Part shown: positions 1 to 9,756 of the stretch, piece after piece
How positions within the stretch are numbered: the first letter of the stretch is position 1
Layout of the letters: each line of letters begins with the position of its first letter
DNA from: Ruminococcus albus 7 = DSM 20455
Lineage (GTDB): Bacteria > Bacillota > Clostridia > Oscillospirales > Ruminococcaceae
Length of the DNA stretch: 32,000 nt
Assembly: GCF_000179635.2 (NCBI RefSeq)
Contig: NC_014833.1
Span: 3,210,001-3,242,000, forward strand
Direction: 5' to 3'
Made by a program: the position numbers and the translations under genes
The notes under the pieces: generated by a model
Told to the model about the DNA's origin: nothing
The model's input: only the letters and a program-made list of their open reading frames with translations
Databases searched by the model: none

Positions 1-1391
1 GAAAAACAGAGCAGACATCTGTTGTTATGGAAAAGGAGTTCGGTGTTCAGCTTTCCATGTTCGGAAACAATGAAGAAAAATCCGCAGCTAAATCTGCCGA
101 AACAATTACTGTTCCCGAACACAAGCGCAAGAAAAAACGCACTCACGATGAATGGATGAACAATCTGCCTGTAAAAGAAGAACATCACAAAATTGACAAC
201 CCGGTATGCGAAATATGCGGCGCCGAAATGGAAGAACTGACTCCCGAAAAGGCTTACGATGAACTTATATTTACGCCGCCAAAATATCATATCCGCAGGC
301 ATATAGTACATAAGTACAAGTGTCCCGAGTGCGGAGAAAAGCCCGAAGAAAGGGACGAACCTTGTCATATCATCCGTGCGCCATATCCTCACGCTATGAT
401 CCCGGGAAGCTATTGCTCTCCCGAACTTCTGGCTCATATCATCTACGAAAAATATGCAAAGTCAGTACCTCTGCACCGTCAGGAAAAGGACTTTAATTCC
501 AAAAACATACCTCTGCTCAAAGCGACTATGTCTAATTGGGTAGGCACTGCTGCCGAAAAATGGTGTTTGCCGATTGTGGAGAAAATGCATGAGACGCTTA
601 TCGCAGGGCAGATGATCCATGCCGATGAAACGACCGTTCAGGTGCTTCACGAGGAAGGCCGAAAGCCTACCACGACATCAAGAATGTGGGTCTACTGCAA
701 CGGCAAAATGAATGACAGGAGCATCATCATTTTCGATTATCAGCCGACACGAAAGGGTGAGCACGCCTCGAATTTCCTGAAAGGATTTATCGGCTATCTT
801 ATCTGTGACGGATACGATGCCTACAATGCAGTCGAGGGTGCTAAGCGATGCGGCTGTATGACTCATGCAAGGCGTGGTTTTATTCAGGCTCTTCCGAACG
901 ACCAAAAGCTGCACAGCACTTCTGTTGCGGCAAAGGCAGTAGAATATTTCAACAAGATATATCACGAAGAAAATCTGCTTGCCGACAGCTCCACAGAATA
1001 CAGATATAAACAGCGCCTTGTGAAGGTAAAGCCTTTGCTTGACGAGTTTTTTGCGTGGCTTGAAAATGTTCAGGTCAGTGGTAAGGGCAAGCTGACAGAT
1101 GCAGTAAGATATGCGTTGAATGAACGGAAATATCTTTACACGTTTCTTGAAAACGGAGACGTGCCTATCGACAACAACAGAGCCGAAAACGCAATAAGAC
1201 CGTTTGCGTTAGGCCGAAAAAATTGGCTGTTTTCAAATACAGCAAACGGAGCCAGATCAAGTGCAACGCTGTATTCGATCATTTCAACTGCACAGGCGAA
1301 CGGTGTTGATGCTGAGAAATACCTGACCGAGCTGTTTTCACAGCCTGCGGGGACGATATTATTACCATGGAGGGAAGAAAATGAAACTTAG
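1..1391 (+). CDS. IS66-family transposase (TnpC-type), 5' end probably outside the window
   Basis: ORF 27..1391, but the frame stays open back to nt 3. It has paired CxxC zinc-finger motifs (CEICG ... CPECG), DDE-region motifs (HADETTVQVL, LICDGYDAYN) and the IS66 signature NNRAENAIRPFALGRKNWLF near the C-terminus. Confidence 0.9.
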   Translation, partial: KTEQTSVVMEKEFGVQLSMFGNNEEKSAAKSAETITVPEHKRKKKRTHDEWMNNLPVKEEHHKIDNPVCEICGAEMEELTPEKAYDELIFTPPKYHIRRHIVHKYKCPECGEKPEERDEPCHIIRAPYPHAMIPGSYCSPELLAHIIYEKYAKSVPLHRQEKDFNSKNIPLLKATMSNWVGTAAEKWCLPIVEKMHETLIAGQMIHADETTVQVLHEEGRKPTTTSRMWVYCNGKMNDRSIIIFDYQPTRKGEHASNFLKGFIGYLICDGYDAYNAVEGAKRCGCMTHARRGFIQALPNDQKLHSTSVAAKAVEYFNKIYHEENLLADSSTEYRYKQRLVKVKPLLDEFFAWLENVQVSGKGKLTDAVRYALNERKYLYTFLENGDVPIDNNRAENAIRPFALGRKNWLFSNTANGARSSATLYSIISTAQANGVDAEKYLTELFSQPAGTILLPWREENET

Positions 1392-1920
1392 TAATGAAGA
1401 TGCAAAGCTGTTTTATGAACTGTTTTTTCCACTGCTTGACTATGTGAACAGAGAATATCATATACTTCCTGAGGAAGATTATTTCGGGCAAGGAATGATC
1501 GACCCACAGGACGCTGCGGAGGTTGCCCACTTTTTATGGGAACGGACATGGATCATTGATGATTATCTTGAGCGATCGGATCTGCCCGAAGAACACATGG
1601 AGATACTTAAAAGCTGGAAAGGGTGCATCACCGGCAGATTTATCATTGAGCGACATTGGAAAAAGGGATCGGTATTTATATCGATCGATGACAATTCTGT
1701 TTTTCTTGTAAACGGCATTGTCAGCAGTTGGGAGGAAATGCTGAGAAATGCACCGATGCCAACTTTGCTTGATGCAGCGCTTCTGCCATTTAAAAATGCG
1801 ATCATTTCCGATGGCCTGGTATCTGTTATGCCGATCATATTCGGTCCGAACAGCAAAGCTGATTTCAAAGAAATATACATGGACGCAAAGAGAAATGGAG
1901 AAATCAAAGCCAGAATATGA
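1381..1920 (+). CDS. hypothetical protein, translationally coupled to the IS66 transposase (passenger ORF)
   Basis: 179-aa ORF whose ATG (1381) overlaps the transposase stop (TAG 1389-1391) by 11 nt. It is followed by a hairpin plus T-tract, and it lies upstream of the putative IS66 right inverted repeat. I recognise no family. Confidence 0.6.
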   Translation: MKLSNEDAKLFYELFFPLLDYVNREYHILPEEDYFGQGMIDPQDAAEVAHFLWERTWIIDDYLERSDLPEEHMEILKSWKGCITGRFIIERHWKKGSVFISIDDNSVFLVNGIVSSWEEMLRNAPMPTLLDAALLPFKNAIISDGLVSVMPIIFGPNSKADFKEIYMDAKRNGEIKARI

Positions 1921-1927
1921 TGTTACG

Positions 1928-1959
1928 GCCGGGTGTTATCTGCCCGGCTGTTTGCTTTT
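1928..1959 (+). terminator. rho-independent terminator after the IS66 passenger ORF
   Basis: GCCGGG (1928-1933) / CCCGGC (1943-1948) stem with a 9-nt loop, followed by TGTTTGCTTTT. Confidence 0.6.
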
Positions 1960-2064
1960 ATGATGCGGGGGGTTATACGCTTACTGTTATACCACGAGAA
2001 CGATAAAGTCAAGCCTTACTAATACCATTTACATTAAATTTCCGAACAAACATTCTAAAGGCTA

Positions 2065-2093
2065 TTGACAAATACGAACATTAGTGCTATAAT
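2065..2093 (+). promoter_or_regulatory. sigma-70/SigA consensus promoter upstream of the relaxase gene
   Basis: TTGACA (2065-2070), 17-nt spacer, TATAAT (2088-2093), with a TGn extended -10 (TGC). A perfect consensus about 60 nt upstream of AAAGGAGGA (2141-2149). Confidence 0.75.
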
Positions 2094-2152
2094 ATAAAGT
2101 GCAGTCGAACATATGCACATATCAAGATTGATCCAAACCGAAAGGAGGACTG

Positions 2153-3193
2153 ATACCCGCAATATATCATTTCAACGTCAAAATGGTCACGCGGACAAGT
2201 GGCGGGTCATGCGTGGCAAGTGTTGCGTACATAGCAGGTGAAAAGATAAAGAATGAGCGCGACGGTAAGATTCACGATTACCGAAATAAGTATGAAGTCG
2301 TCCACAAGGAGATACTGCTTCCGAAATCTGCACCGCCCGAATACAGCAACAGAGCCAAACTCTAGAACGCTGCCGAATGTGTTGAAAAGCGTAAGAACTC
2401 CCAAACAGCCCGGAGTATCAACGCTGCATTGCCATGCGAGCTGTCGAGAGAAGATCAGATTGATCTGGTGCGGCAGTTCTGCGAGCAGTGTTTTGTAAGC
2501 AAAGGTATGTGCTGTGATTTTGCCATTCACGACAAGGACGACGGAAATCCTCATGTGCATATTCTGCTGACCACCCGCCGCGTGGAAAAGAATGGATTCA
2601 CACAAAAGGAACGAACGTGGAATGACCGCAAACTTCTGTTGGAGTGGCGTGAGCGCTGGGCAGATTGGTGCAATCACAAATTGTATTTCGTTTCGGACGC
2701 TCGGGTCGATCATCGAAGTTACAAGGATCAGGGCATAGATCGAATACCGCAGATACATCTTGGTGTCGAGGTCTGTGCTGTTGAACGCAAGGGCTTCAAG
2801 ACCGATAAGGGAAATAAGAACAGAAGAATCAGGCGGCGCAATCTTGAAGTTGAGATTGCAGAGCTTGAAAATAAGATGCTGGCTTTTAGCTCGGAGCATA
2901 AGCAGAATACGATTGAATACATCGAAACCAATATCGGGTGTAAGGTGTCGGAGGCTTTCACGATACATGATGAAATGCCTGTGCTGGAACAGTATGAGAA
3001 ATACTTGCAAAGTCACAATGTACCATGTGAGTTTATTTTCTACAATCAAGATAAGTACGAATTATTTGTACCAAAGTCCGTAAAGGAAAAAGCCATTAGT
3101 CTGCTAACTCAGTTCAGGAAACATAACCCTGAAAGGGACGACCGGAGCAATACGCAACAGAAATCTGCACCGTCCAAAAAGCCTAAGCGGTAA
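2153..3193 (+). pseudogene. MobA/MobL-family (MobQ) conjugative relaxase, interrupted by an in-frame TAG and lacking a canonical start
   Basis: ORFs 2183..2365 and 2429..3193 are in the same frame, separated only by TAG at 2363-2365. Relaxase motifs run straight across it:
- AIYHFNV (N-terminus)
- SVAYIAGEK (catalytic Tyr region)
- L*NAAECVEKRKNSQTARSINAALPCEL, where the stop sits where the family has Trp in LWN.VE
- HDKDDGNPHVHILLTTR (3-His motif)

No ATG/GTG/TTG precedes AIYHF; the upstream codons are CTG ATA CCC GCA. Confidence 0.8.
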
Positions 3194-3283
3194 TTATAGC
3201 AGCATATTCAAACACGTGCTGTATGGCACCCCAGCGGTATCGCTTGCATAAGGGAGAGTCCAGAGAGGGAGTTTTCTCTCTTT

Positions 3284-3330
3284 GGCGCACTTCAAACTCG
3301 AAGAGTTTGTATAAGTGCGCCCTACGGGGT
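3284..3330 (+). other. origin of transfer (oriT), MobQ type, with nick-site core
   Basis: Inverted repeat CAAACTC-GAA-GAGTTTG (3293-3309) is followed by TA-TAAGTGCGCCCT-ACGGGG. I recall the same IR + TAAGTGCGCCCT arrangement from the RSF1010/R1162 and pIP501-type oriTs. An outer repeat GGCGCACTT (3284-3292) is complementary to AAGTGCGCC (3313-3321). Confidence 0.8.
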
Positions 3331-3448
3331 TATGGTGGGTAATGACTATCGAATAAAAAATTCACAAAACTTACCGCCATGTCAAACTTTCGCGTATGCG
3401 AATAGCTGCGTATGCAGCAGGGGCAGAATTGCCCTCAAGGAAAGGAGA

Positions 3449-3859
3449 ATGCTATTGAGTAACAAAAAGCTGACAACAGAAGAAAAAATCGAGAAGTCAA
3501 AAGAGTATGAAGATGAGATGACACGGCTGCAAAATAAAATGAAAACCATGCGGACTGCGAAAAAGAAGCTCGATGCCGAGATTGCCGACGAACTGGAAAA
3601 AGCCGAAATGGTGACTAATCAGACAGTCGGCAAGAAGTTCAGGAACAAAATGACTGTTGATCTGCCGCTGGACAAATATGGTGAGATCATCGATTTCATG
3701 TTCATGCACGATGATTGTGTAGAGTTCATCGATGAAGTAATAGCTAAGTACAGGCAGGAACAGGAAGCGGCTAAGGCTAAAAATCAGGAAGAACAGTCCG
3801 TTGAAGAAAATGGTGAGGCAGCTGAATCTATCCCCGCTGATGACAGCGAATCAGCGTAG
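3449..3859 (+). CDS. hypothetical coiled-coil, acidic-tailed protein (possible relaxosome accessory)
   Basis: ATG at 3449 is preceded by AAAGGAG (3441-3447). The longer ORF-track start (3332) would run through oriT with no RBS. Lys/Glu-rich heptad-like N-terminus and acidic C-terminus. No family recognised. Confidence 0.6.
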   Translation: MLLSNKKLTTEEKIEKSKEYEDEMTRLQNKMKTMRTAKKKLDAEIADELEKAEMVTNQTVGKKFRNKMTVDLPLDKYGEIIDFMFMHDDCVEFIDEVIAKYRQEQEAAKAKNQEEQSVEENGEAAESIPADDSESA

Positions 3860-4005
3860 ATCAAAGAGTAAAGAAAAGGTGGGTGATACCTATGCACAAT
3901 TATCCGCTGTCGGCAGGAGCCGTTCGTCCATGCTATTGCTGACAGTGTTTCGGGAACAGATTCGGGGTCTCATCAGCCTTGATAATTATTTGTAAAATCT
4001 TCAAA

Positions 4006-4033
4006 TACCTGCCGTCACTCCTTACGGCAGGTA
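4006..4033 (+). repeat. 10-bp perfect stem hairpin
   Basis: TACCTGCCGT (4006-4015) / ACGGCAGGTA (4024-4033) with an 8-nt loop. No T-tract, so it is not a classic terminator. Confidence 0.5.
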
Positions 4034-4077
4034 AACGGATCCACTTCAAAAACATCATCTCCTCAAACGAGAGGAGA

Positions 4078-4272
4078 ATGAATTTGAAAACAACATTTAC
4101 AAAAGAAGAACAGAAGAACCCGAGCTACGAGCTTAATTCGGTGCGAGAGTACAAGATCGGTCACACGACCTACATCGTCAAAACCTACTTCGATCTTGAA
4201 TGCGGAGAATCCCTCGAAGATCTGCTCCAGCGACTGGTAACAAAAGAGATATGCAAAGCGATGTCATCTTGA
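4078..4272 (+). CDS. small TnpW-like transposon protein
   Basis: 64-aa ORF with RBS GAGAGGAG directly upstream of ATG 4078. The YKIGHTTYIVKTYF...ESLEDLLQRLV pattern resembles the small TnpW-type ORFs found beside large serine recombinases in Tn4451-like clostridial elements (from memory, not searched). Confidence 0.5.
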   Translation: MNLKTTFTKEEQKNPSYELNSVREYKIGHTTYIVKTYFDLECGESLEDLLQRLVTKEICKAMSS

Positions 4273-4312
4273 CGACATAAAATGATCCGAGGGAACAGCG
4301 GGTCAATAGATA

Positions 4313-4341
4313 TTGACGTTCTCGTAAGAACGTGGTATACT
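4313..4341 (+). promoter_or_regulatory. promoter of the serine recombinase gene with an embedded palindrome
   Basis: TTGACG (4313-4318), 17 nt, TATACT (4336-4341) with a TGG extended -10. The spacer carries ACGTTCT-cgta-AGAACGT (4316-4333). Confidence 0.6.
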
Positions 4342-4380
4342 ATAAATGATCCGCTGTGATCGTCGGAAAGAGAGGATTGA

Positions 4381-6012
<1,632 letters not shown>

Positions 6013-6043
6013 GGCGGTATTCGTGCTTTATCGCTAGTGAACA

Positions 6044-6312
6044 TTTGGTCAAGCTTTTCGCGAAAAGCTTGCGGGGAGCCACAGTCAGCAAGGCTGACTG
6101 TTGAGGGCAGAGCCCTCGCATCAAGGCGCAAAACCAAAATGCACAGCGAACTATAAGAGCACAGCAGACTTCCGCCCTCACAAAAAGGCGCGGCAATTAT
6201 TTTACGGACGTAGAAAGAGCGTGGACATTGATTTTGTCCACGCTCTTATTGATGATTATTGCCGCGCCTTTTTGTGGTCGGAAGATTGTTTCGCTTTTAA
6301 AGCTTGACCAAA
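6044..6312. repeat. nested inverted-repeat / multi-hairpin region between the convergent recombinase and xylB genes
   Basis: - TTTGGTCAAGCTTT (6044-6057) pairs with AAAGCTTGACCAAA (6299-6312).
- Perfect 20-bp palindrome AAGCTTTTCGCGAAAAGCTT (6051-6070).
- Hairpins at 6082-6100 and 6103-6117.
- CACAAAAAGGCGCGGCAAT (6179-6197) pairs with ATTGCCGCGCCTTTTTGTG (6258-6276), and this pair encloses AAGAGCGTGGACA / TGTCCACGCTCTT (6215-6247). Confidence 0.8.
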
Positions 6313-6335
6313 AGCTCTGCTCTTTGGCAGTGTTA

Positions 6336-7859
6336 TTACAGCTTAGCCAGCTTAGCAAATTCGTTCTTCAGTGCGGGATAGATATCGCGGTAAAGCTGAT
6401 AGAACTTCTCGTACTTGGGAACTGTTGCTGCATTAGGCTCCTGAACCTTGTCGGTACGTACAACAGCCTTGCAAGCCTCGGGCACGCTGGAGTAGACGCC
6501 TGCGCCTACCATTGAGAGCAGTGCAACGCCCAGTGCGGGGCCTTCCTTGGAGGAAGCGGTCTTAACAGGGCAGTTGTAGAGGTCTGCCAGCATTGAACGC
6601 CACAGGGGTGAGCTTCCGCCGCCGCCGCAAGCCATCATATCTGATACGTTTATATTCATCTCGCGGAATACTTCTACGCAGTCACGCAGAGAATAAGATA
6701 CGCCCTCCATTACTGCACGGAGCATCTCTTTCTTGGTGTGCATAGCGGAAAGACCGAAGAATACGCCTCTTGCATTGGGGTCAAGGTGAGGTGTACGCTC
6801 GCCCATCAGGTAAGGCAGATACAGAAGTCTGTTAGCGCCCACAGGTACGCTTTCAGCCTGCTTGTCCATCAGGTAGTACTCATCAACGCCCATGTACTTG
6901 GCAGTCTCCTTTTCAGCGTTGCAGAAGTTATCTCTGAACCACTTCAGTGAAAGACCTGCGCCCTGAGTAACGCCCATTACGTGCCAGCTGTTAGGAACAG
7001 CTGCACAGCAGGTGTGTACTCTGCCCTTGGGGTCGATGGATATATTTGAAGTATGCGCAAATACAACGCCCGATGTACCTATGGTAGTGAAAGCCTTGCC
7101 GTCCTCGCATACGCCTGTGCCGATAGCTGCGCCTGCATTGTCGCCTGCACCGCCCACTACGATAGTGCCCTCGCACAGACCCAGATCGTCAGCCATAGCC
7201 TTTGTCAGCTTGCCTGTTACCTCGCAGGACTCGTATACCTTGCCCAGCCAGTTCTTGTCTATCTCGAAAACGCTCAGCAGTTCATCAGACCACTTTCTGT
7301 TTGGAACGTCCAGCAGCTGCATACCCGATGCATCGGATACCTCGGTAGCATACTCATGTGTCAGGACGAAACGCAGATAGTCCTTGGGCAGCAGGATATG
7401 AGCGACCTTCTCGTATACCTCGGGTTCATTGTTCTTTACCCAGAGTATCTTAGCCGCAGTCCAGCCTGTCAGTGCAGGGTTGGCAGTTATCTGTATCAGC
7501 TTTTCTGTGCCGACTTTCTCTGTCATCCATGCAACTTCCTTTTCGGTACGCTGGTCGCACCATATGATAGACTTTCTCAGCACGTTGTTATCCTTATCCA
7601 GCATTACCAGACCATGCATCTGACCCGATATACCGATACCCTTAACGTCCTCTTTCTTGACACCGCTCTGTGCCATTACAGCCTTGATGGTATTTACCAT
7701 CGCATTAGCCCAGTCAGCAGGGTCCTGTTCTGCATAGCCGTTCTTCGGCTGATACATGGGGTACTCGATAGTCTTTGAAGCTATCACTGTGCCCTTCTCG
7801 TCAAAAAGTACTGTCTTGGTACCGCTTGTACCGCAGTCAACTCCTATTACGTATGCCAT
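6336..7859 (-). CDS. xylB: xylulokinase (FGGY carbohydrate kinase)
   Basis: 507 aa. It is collinear with XylB throughout: VIGVDCGTSGTK, EQDPADWW-like, GISGQMHG, LLPKDYLRF, GGAGDNA, IGTSGV. RBS AAAGGAG lies upstream. Confidence 0.9.
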   Translation of the reverse strand: MAYVIGVDCGTSGTKTVLFDEKGTVIASKTIEYPMYQPKNGYAEQDPADWANAMVNTIKAVMAQSGVKKEDVKGIGISGQMHGLVMLDKDNNVLRKSIIWCDQRTEKEVAWMTEKVGTEKLIQITANPALTGWTAAKILWVKNNEPEVYEKVAHILLPKDYLRFVLTHEYATEVSDASGMQLLDVPNRKWSDELLSVFEIDKNWLGKVYESCEVTGKLTKAMADDLGLCEGTIVVGGAGDNAGAAIGTGVCEDGKAFTTIGTSGVVFAHTSNISIDPKGRVHTCCAAVPNSWHVMGVTQGAGLSLKWFRDNFCNAEKETAKYMGVDEYYLMDKQAESVPVGANRLLYLPYLMGERTPHLDPNARGVFFGLSAMHTKKEMLRAVMEGVSYSLRDCVEVFREMNINVSDMMACGGGGSSPLWRSMLADLYNCPVKTASSKEGPALGVALLSMVGAGVYSSVPEACKAVVRTDKVQEPNAATVPKYEKFYQLYRDIYPALKNEFAKLAKL

Positions 7860-7902
7860 AGTTCTTCTACTCCTTTATAAAAAGATTTTTATTGACATGA
7901 TA

Positions 7903-8706
7903 TCATTTAGGCAGATTTTCTTTTCTGTAACATATCACATGGTCGTCCTGCTGATAATGCTTATCCTCAGGACAGCGGAAATGATGCTGAAGATCCGTAC
8001 CGCCGAACCAGTTATAGGGCTCGTCATTCTCATTCCTGCCCTCACAGAGTTCCGCAATGCCGTTTCTTAAACAGCCCATCAATGATATATCATCGAAATC
8101 TCTCGCATGACCATGCAGTATCACATCTGCCATTTCCTCCAGGAACATCAGACGGTCAAGTTCTGCAAGCACTTCATTCATCGGCAGACAGCCGTCAAGC
8201 TGTAACCACAGATGATGATTTATGCCGTCGCCCGTGAAAAGTATCCTGTCCTCACGAAGCAGCAGCAACAGTTCTCCGTCGGTGTGACCCGCAAGCTCGA
8301 AAACTTCCAGCGTCCTGCCCCCGAGGTCTATTACATCACCCTCGCGTATATCCCCGAAAGGCGGTACGTTGTGTCCGCTTTTGCGGCACATCTCCTTTAC
8401 CTCGGGTATGGTTTCAAAGAAACTCTCAGCCAGCGCCCTGTCACGTGGACTTATAAGCGCATGATCTATCTCTTTGTCGAAATATATGTTACCCAGTATA
8501 TGGTCGGGGTGACCGTGTGTATTCACCAGTACAAGCGGCTTGTCCGTCAGCCTGCGCACAGCAGCGCAAAGGTCGTTCCAGCCGTTCATGGTATCAATGA
8601 CGCAGGCTTTTTCTTCGCCAACGACGAGATATCCTGTCGCTTCATGTCCTTCATCCAGCAGGTATATCCCGCTGCGGACTTCTTTTATAAAGAGTTCGTG
8701 TTCCAT
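7903..8706 (-). CDS. MBL-fold metallo-hydrolase
   Basis: HxHxDH motif NTHGHPDHILGN plus downstream AGHTDGE and HGH. The ATG at 8706 lies 1 nt after the upstream gene's TGA. The ORF-track start at 8724 is a TTG inside the previous gene. Confidence 0.85.
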   Translation of the reverse strand: MEHELFIKEVRSGIYLLDEGHEATGYLVVGEEKACVIDTMNGWNDLCAAVRRLTDKPLVLVNTHGHPDHILGNIYFDKEIDHALISPRDRALAESFFETIPEVKEMCRKSGHNVPPFGDIREGDVIDLGGRTLEVFELAGHTDGELLLLLREDRILFTGDGINHHLWLQLDGCLPMNEVLAELDRLMFLEEMADVILHGHARDFDDISLMGCLRNGIAELCEGRNENDEPYNWFGGTDLQHHFRCPEDKHYQQDDHVICYRKENLPK

Positions 8707-8707
8707 A

Positions 8708-9052
8708 TCAGATCTTTCTCTCAAATATCAGCACGATATCGTTTATCGTCGCGTCAGCCTCAGCGTCGCGCTCTACCCTCATCTCATCGGTAAAGCAGAA
8801 TTTCAGCCGCCAGCCCCTTTCGCCGTACATCGTCAGCACATCGGCAAGAGACGCTTCATCAGCGCCGCCGTTGTCACGGTCGCGGACAGTTTCCACCGCA
8901 TACTCGTACTTTCCGCCATTGCTGTCATTTTTAAGGGCTTGCAGAGTGATATAAGTACGCAGATCCTCATCGCTCAGTGATTCCGCATCGAGGCCGTTCA
9001 CATCTCCGTTTTTAAGTACTTTAAGTATCTCATCTTTAAGCTTAGCATTCAT
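8708..9052 (-). CDS. DUF4177-like small protein
   Basis: 114 aa. The C-terminal half (KYEYAVETV...ADVLTMYGERGWRL...IVLIFERK) follows the DUF4177 pattern (YEYK...L...GxEGWEL...FKR). GGGGG RBS 9 nt upstream. Confidence 0.6.
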   Translation of the reverse strand: MNAKLKDEILKVLKNGDVNGLDAESLSDEDLRTYITLQALKNDSNGGKYEYAVETVRDRDNGGADEASLADVLTMYGERGWRLKFCFTDEMRVERDAEADATINDIVLIFERKI

Positions 9053-9056
9053 TTTT

Positions 9057-9479
9057 CTATACCCCCATCAACTTTTCGTGAACATCATAGATCCTGCCGC
9101 AGTCAGCGCACAGGTCAAACAGCGCAAAGCTGTACGGAAATTCCTTTTCTGCAAATTTTTTCAGCAGATTTCCCGCACTGCCCATTCCAGCCATATCCTT
9201 TATCAGCCGTCCGCCGCATTCGGGACATTTTCCGAAAGCCATGCCCTCACCGACTAACGTTTCTGCCAATGTTTTCGGGTCACCGCCGCCCTCTCTTGCA
9301 CTCAGCACAGGCTCATCCTTCTGCGAACAGCCTGCACATTCACGACAGCTGAGGTCGTACCTGGCATAATGCTCCACCGTATCATTTTCGGGGTAATATT
9401 TATAGATGAGTGCCCCATCCTCACCGCTGAGGAGAGTCTTCACAAAGACTTCACCGCCGCATCTTACACAGTTACTCAT
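9057..9479 (-). CDS. double zinc-ribbon protein, function unknown
   Basis: 140 aa with CVRCGG, CRECAGC, CPECGG and CADCG motifs. The start overlaps the upstream stop by 8 nt (A-ATG-AGT-AA). Confidence 0.65.
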   Translation of the reverse strand: MSNCVRCGGEVFVKTLLSGEDGALIYKYYPENDTVEHYARYDLSCRECAGCSQKDEPVLSAREGGGDPKTLAETLVGEGMAFGKCPECGGRLIKDMAGMGSAGNLLKKFAEKEFPYSFALFDLCADCGRIYDVHEKLMGV

Positions 9480-9741
9480 TGACAGCCTCCTTCAGTCTCG
9501 GGAGTTCAGCCATTACTATACCGCATTTTCTGCATATCCAGAAAACATCAGCCATGTAGGTATTCAGTTCAGCCAGCTTAAAGCTCACTATCTGCGCTTC
9601 CTCACGTGCCTTGGGTGTCATGGGGGCGAAAGCGTGCTTCATACGGTACTCCTTGGTCATCCAGCTGACCCCTGTGGTCTTTCCGCTGCCCATGAGTACA
9701 CCGTCCGTCATCATGCCTCCGCATCTGGGACATTCCATCAT
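9472..9741 (-). CDS. zinc-ribbon protein, function unknown
   Basis: 89 aa with N-terminal CPRCGG and C-terminal CRKCG. RBS AAGGAAG upstream. First gene of a tightly packed four-gene unit. Confidence 0.65.
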   Translation of the reverse strand: MMECPRCGGMMTDGVLMGSGKTTGVSWMTKEYRMKHAFAPMTPKAREEAQIVSFKLAELNTYMADVFWICRKCGIVMAELPRLKEAVNE

Positions 9742-9756
9742 CCATCTTCCTTTCCT

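Larger units (their letters stand above)
1..1984 (+). mobile_element. IS66-family insertion sequence, right-hand part (left part outside the window)
   Basis: Transposase as above. The reverse complement of ..1984 reads GTAAGCGTATAACCCCCCGCATCA. IS66-family terminal inverted repeats characteristically begin GTAA(GCG) (recalled from family descriptions). Confidence 0.65.

Noticed and set aside
2363-2365. TAG in the relaxase as programmed readthrough or pyrrolysine
   Set aside because: There is no pyl gene context in the window, and the stop replaces a conserved Trp by a single G->A change. The start codon is also missing. Pseudogenisation or a sequencing error is simpler.
2207-3049. 280-aa minus-strand ORF across the relaxase locus
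   Set aside because: The relaxase motifs on the plus strand explain this region. The antisense ORF has no recognisable features.
6101-6515. Short plus-strand ORFs (68 and 95 aa) in the recombinase-xylB spacer
   Set aside because: They run through nested palindromes and into the antisense of xylB, and have no RBS. The region is better explained as structured non-coding DNA.
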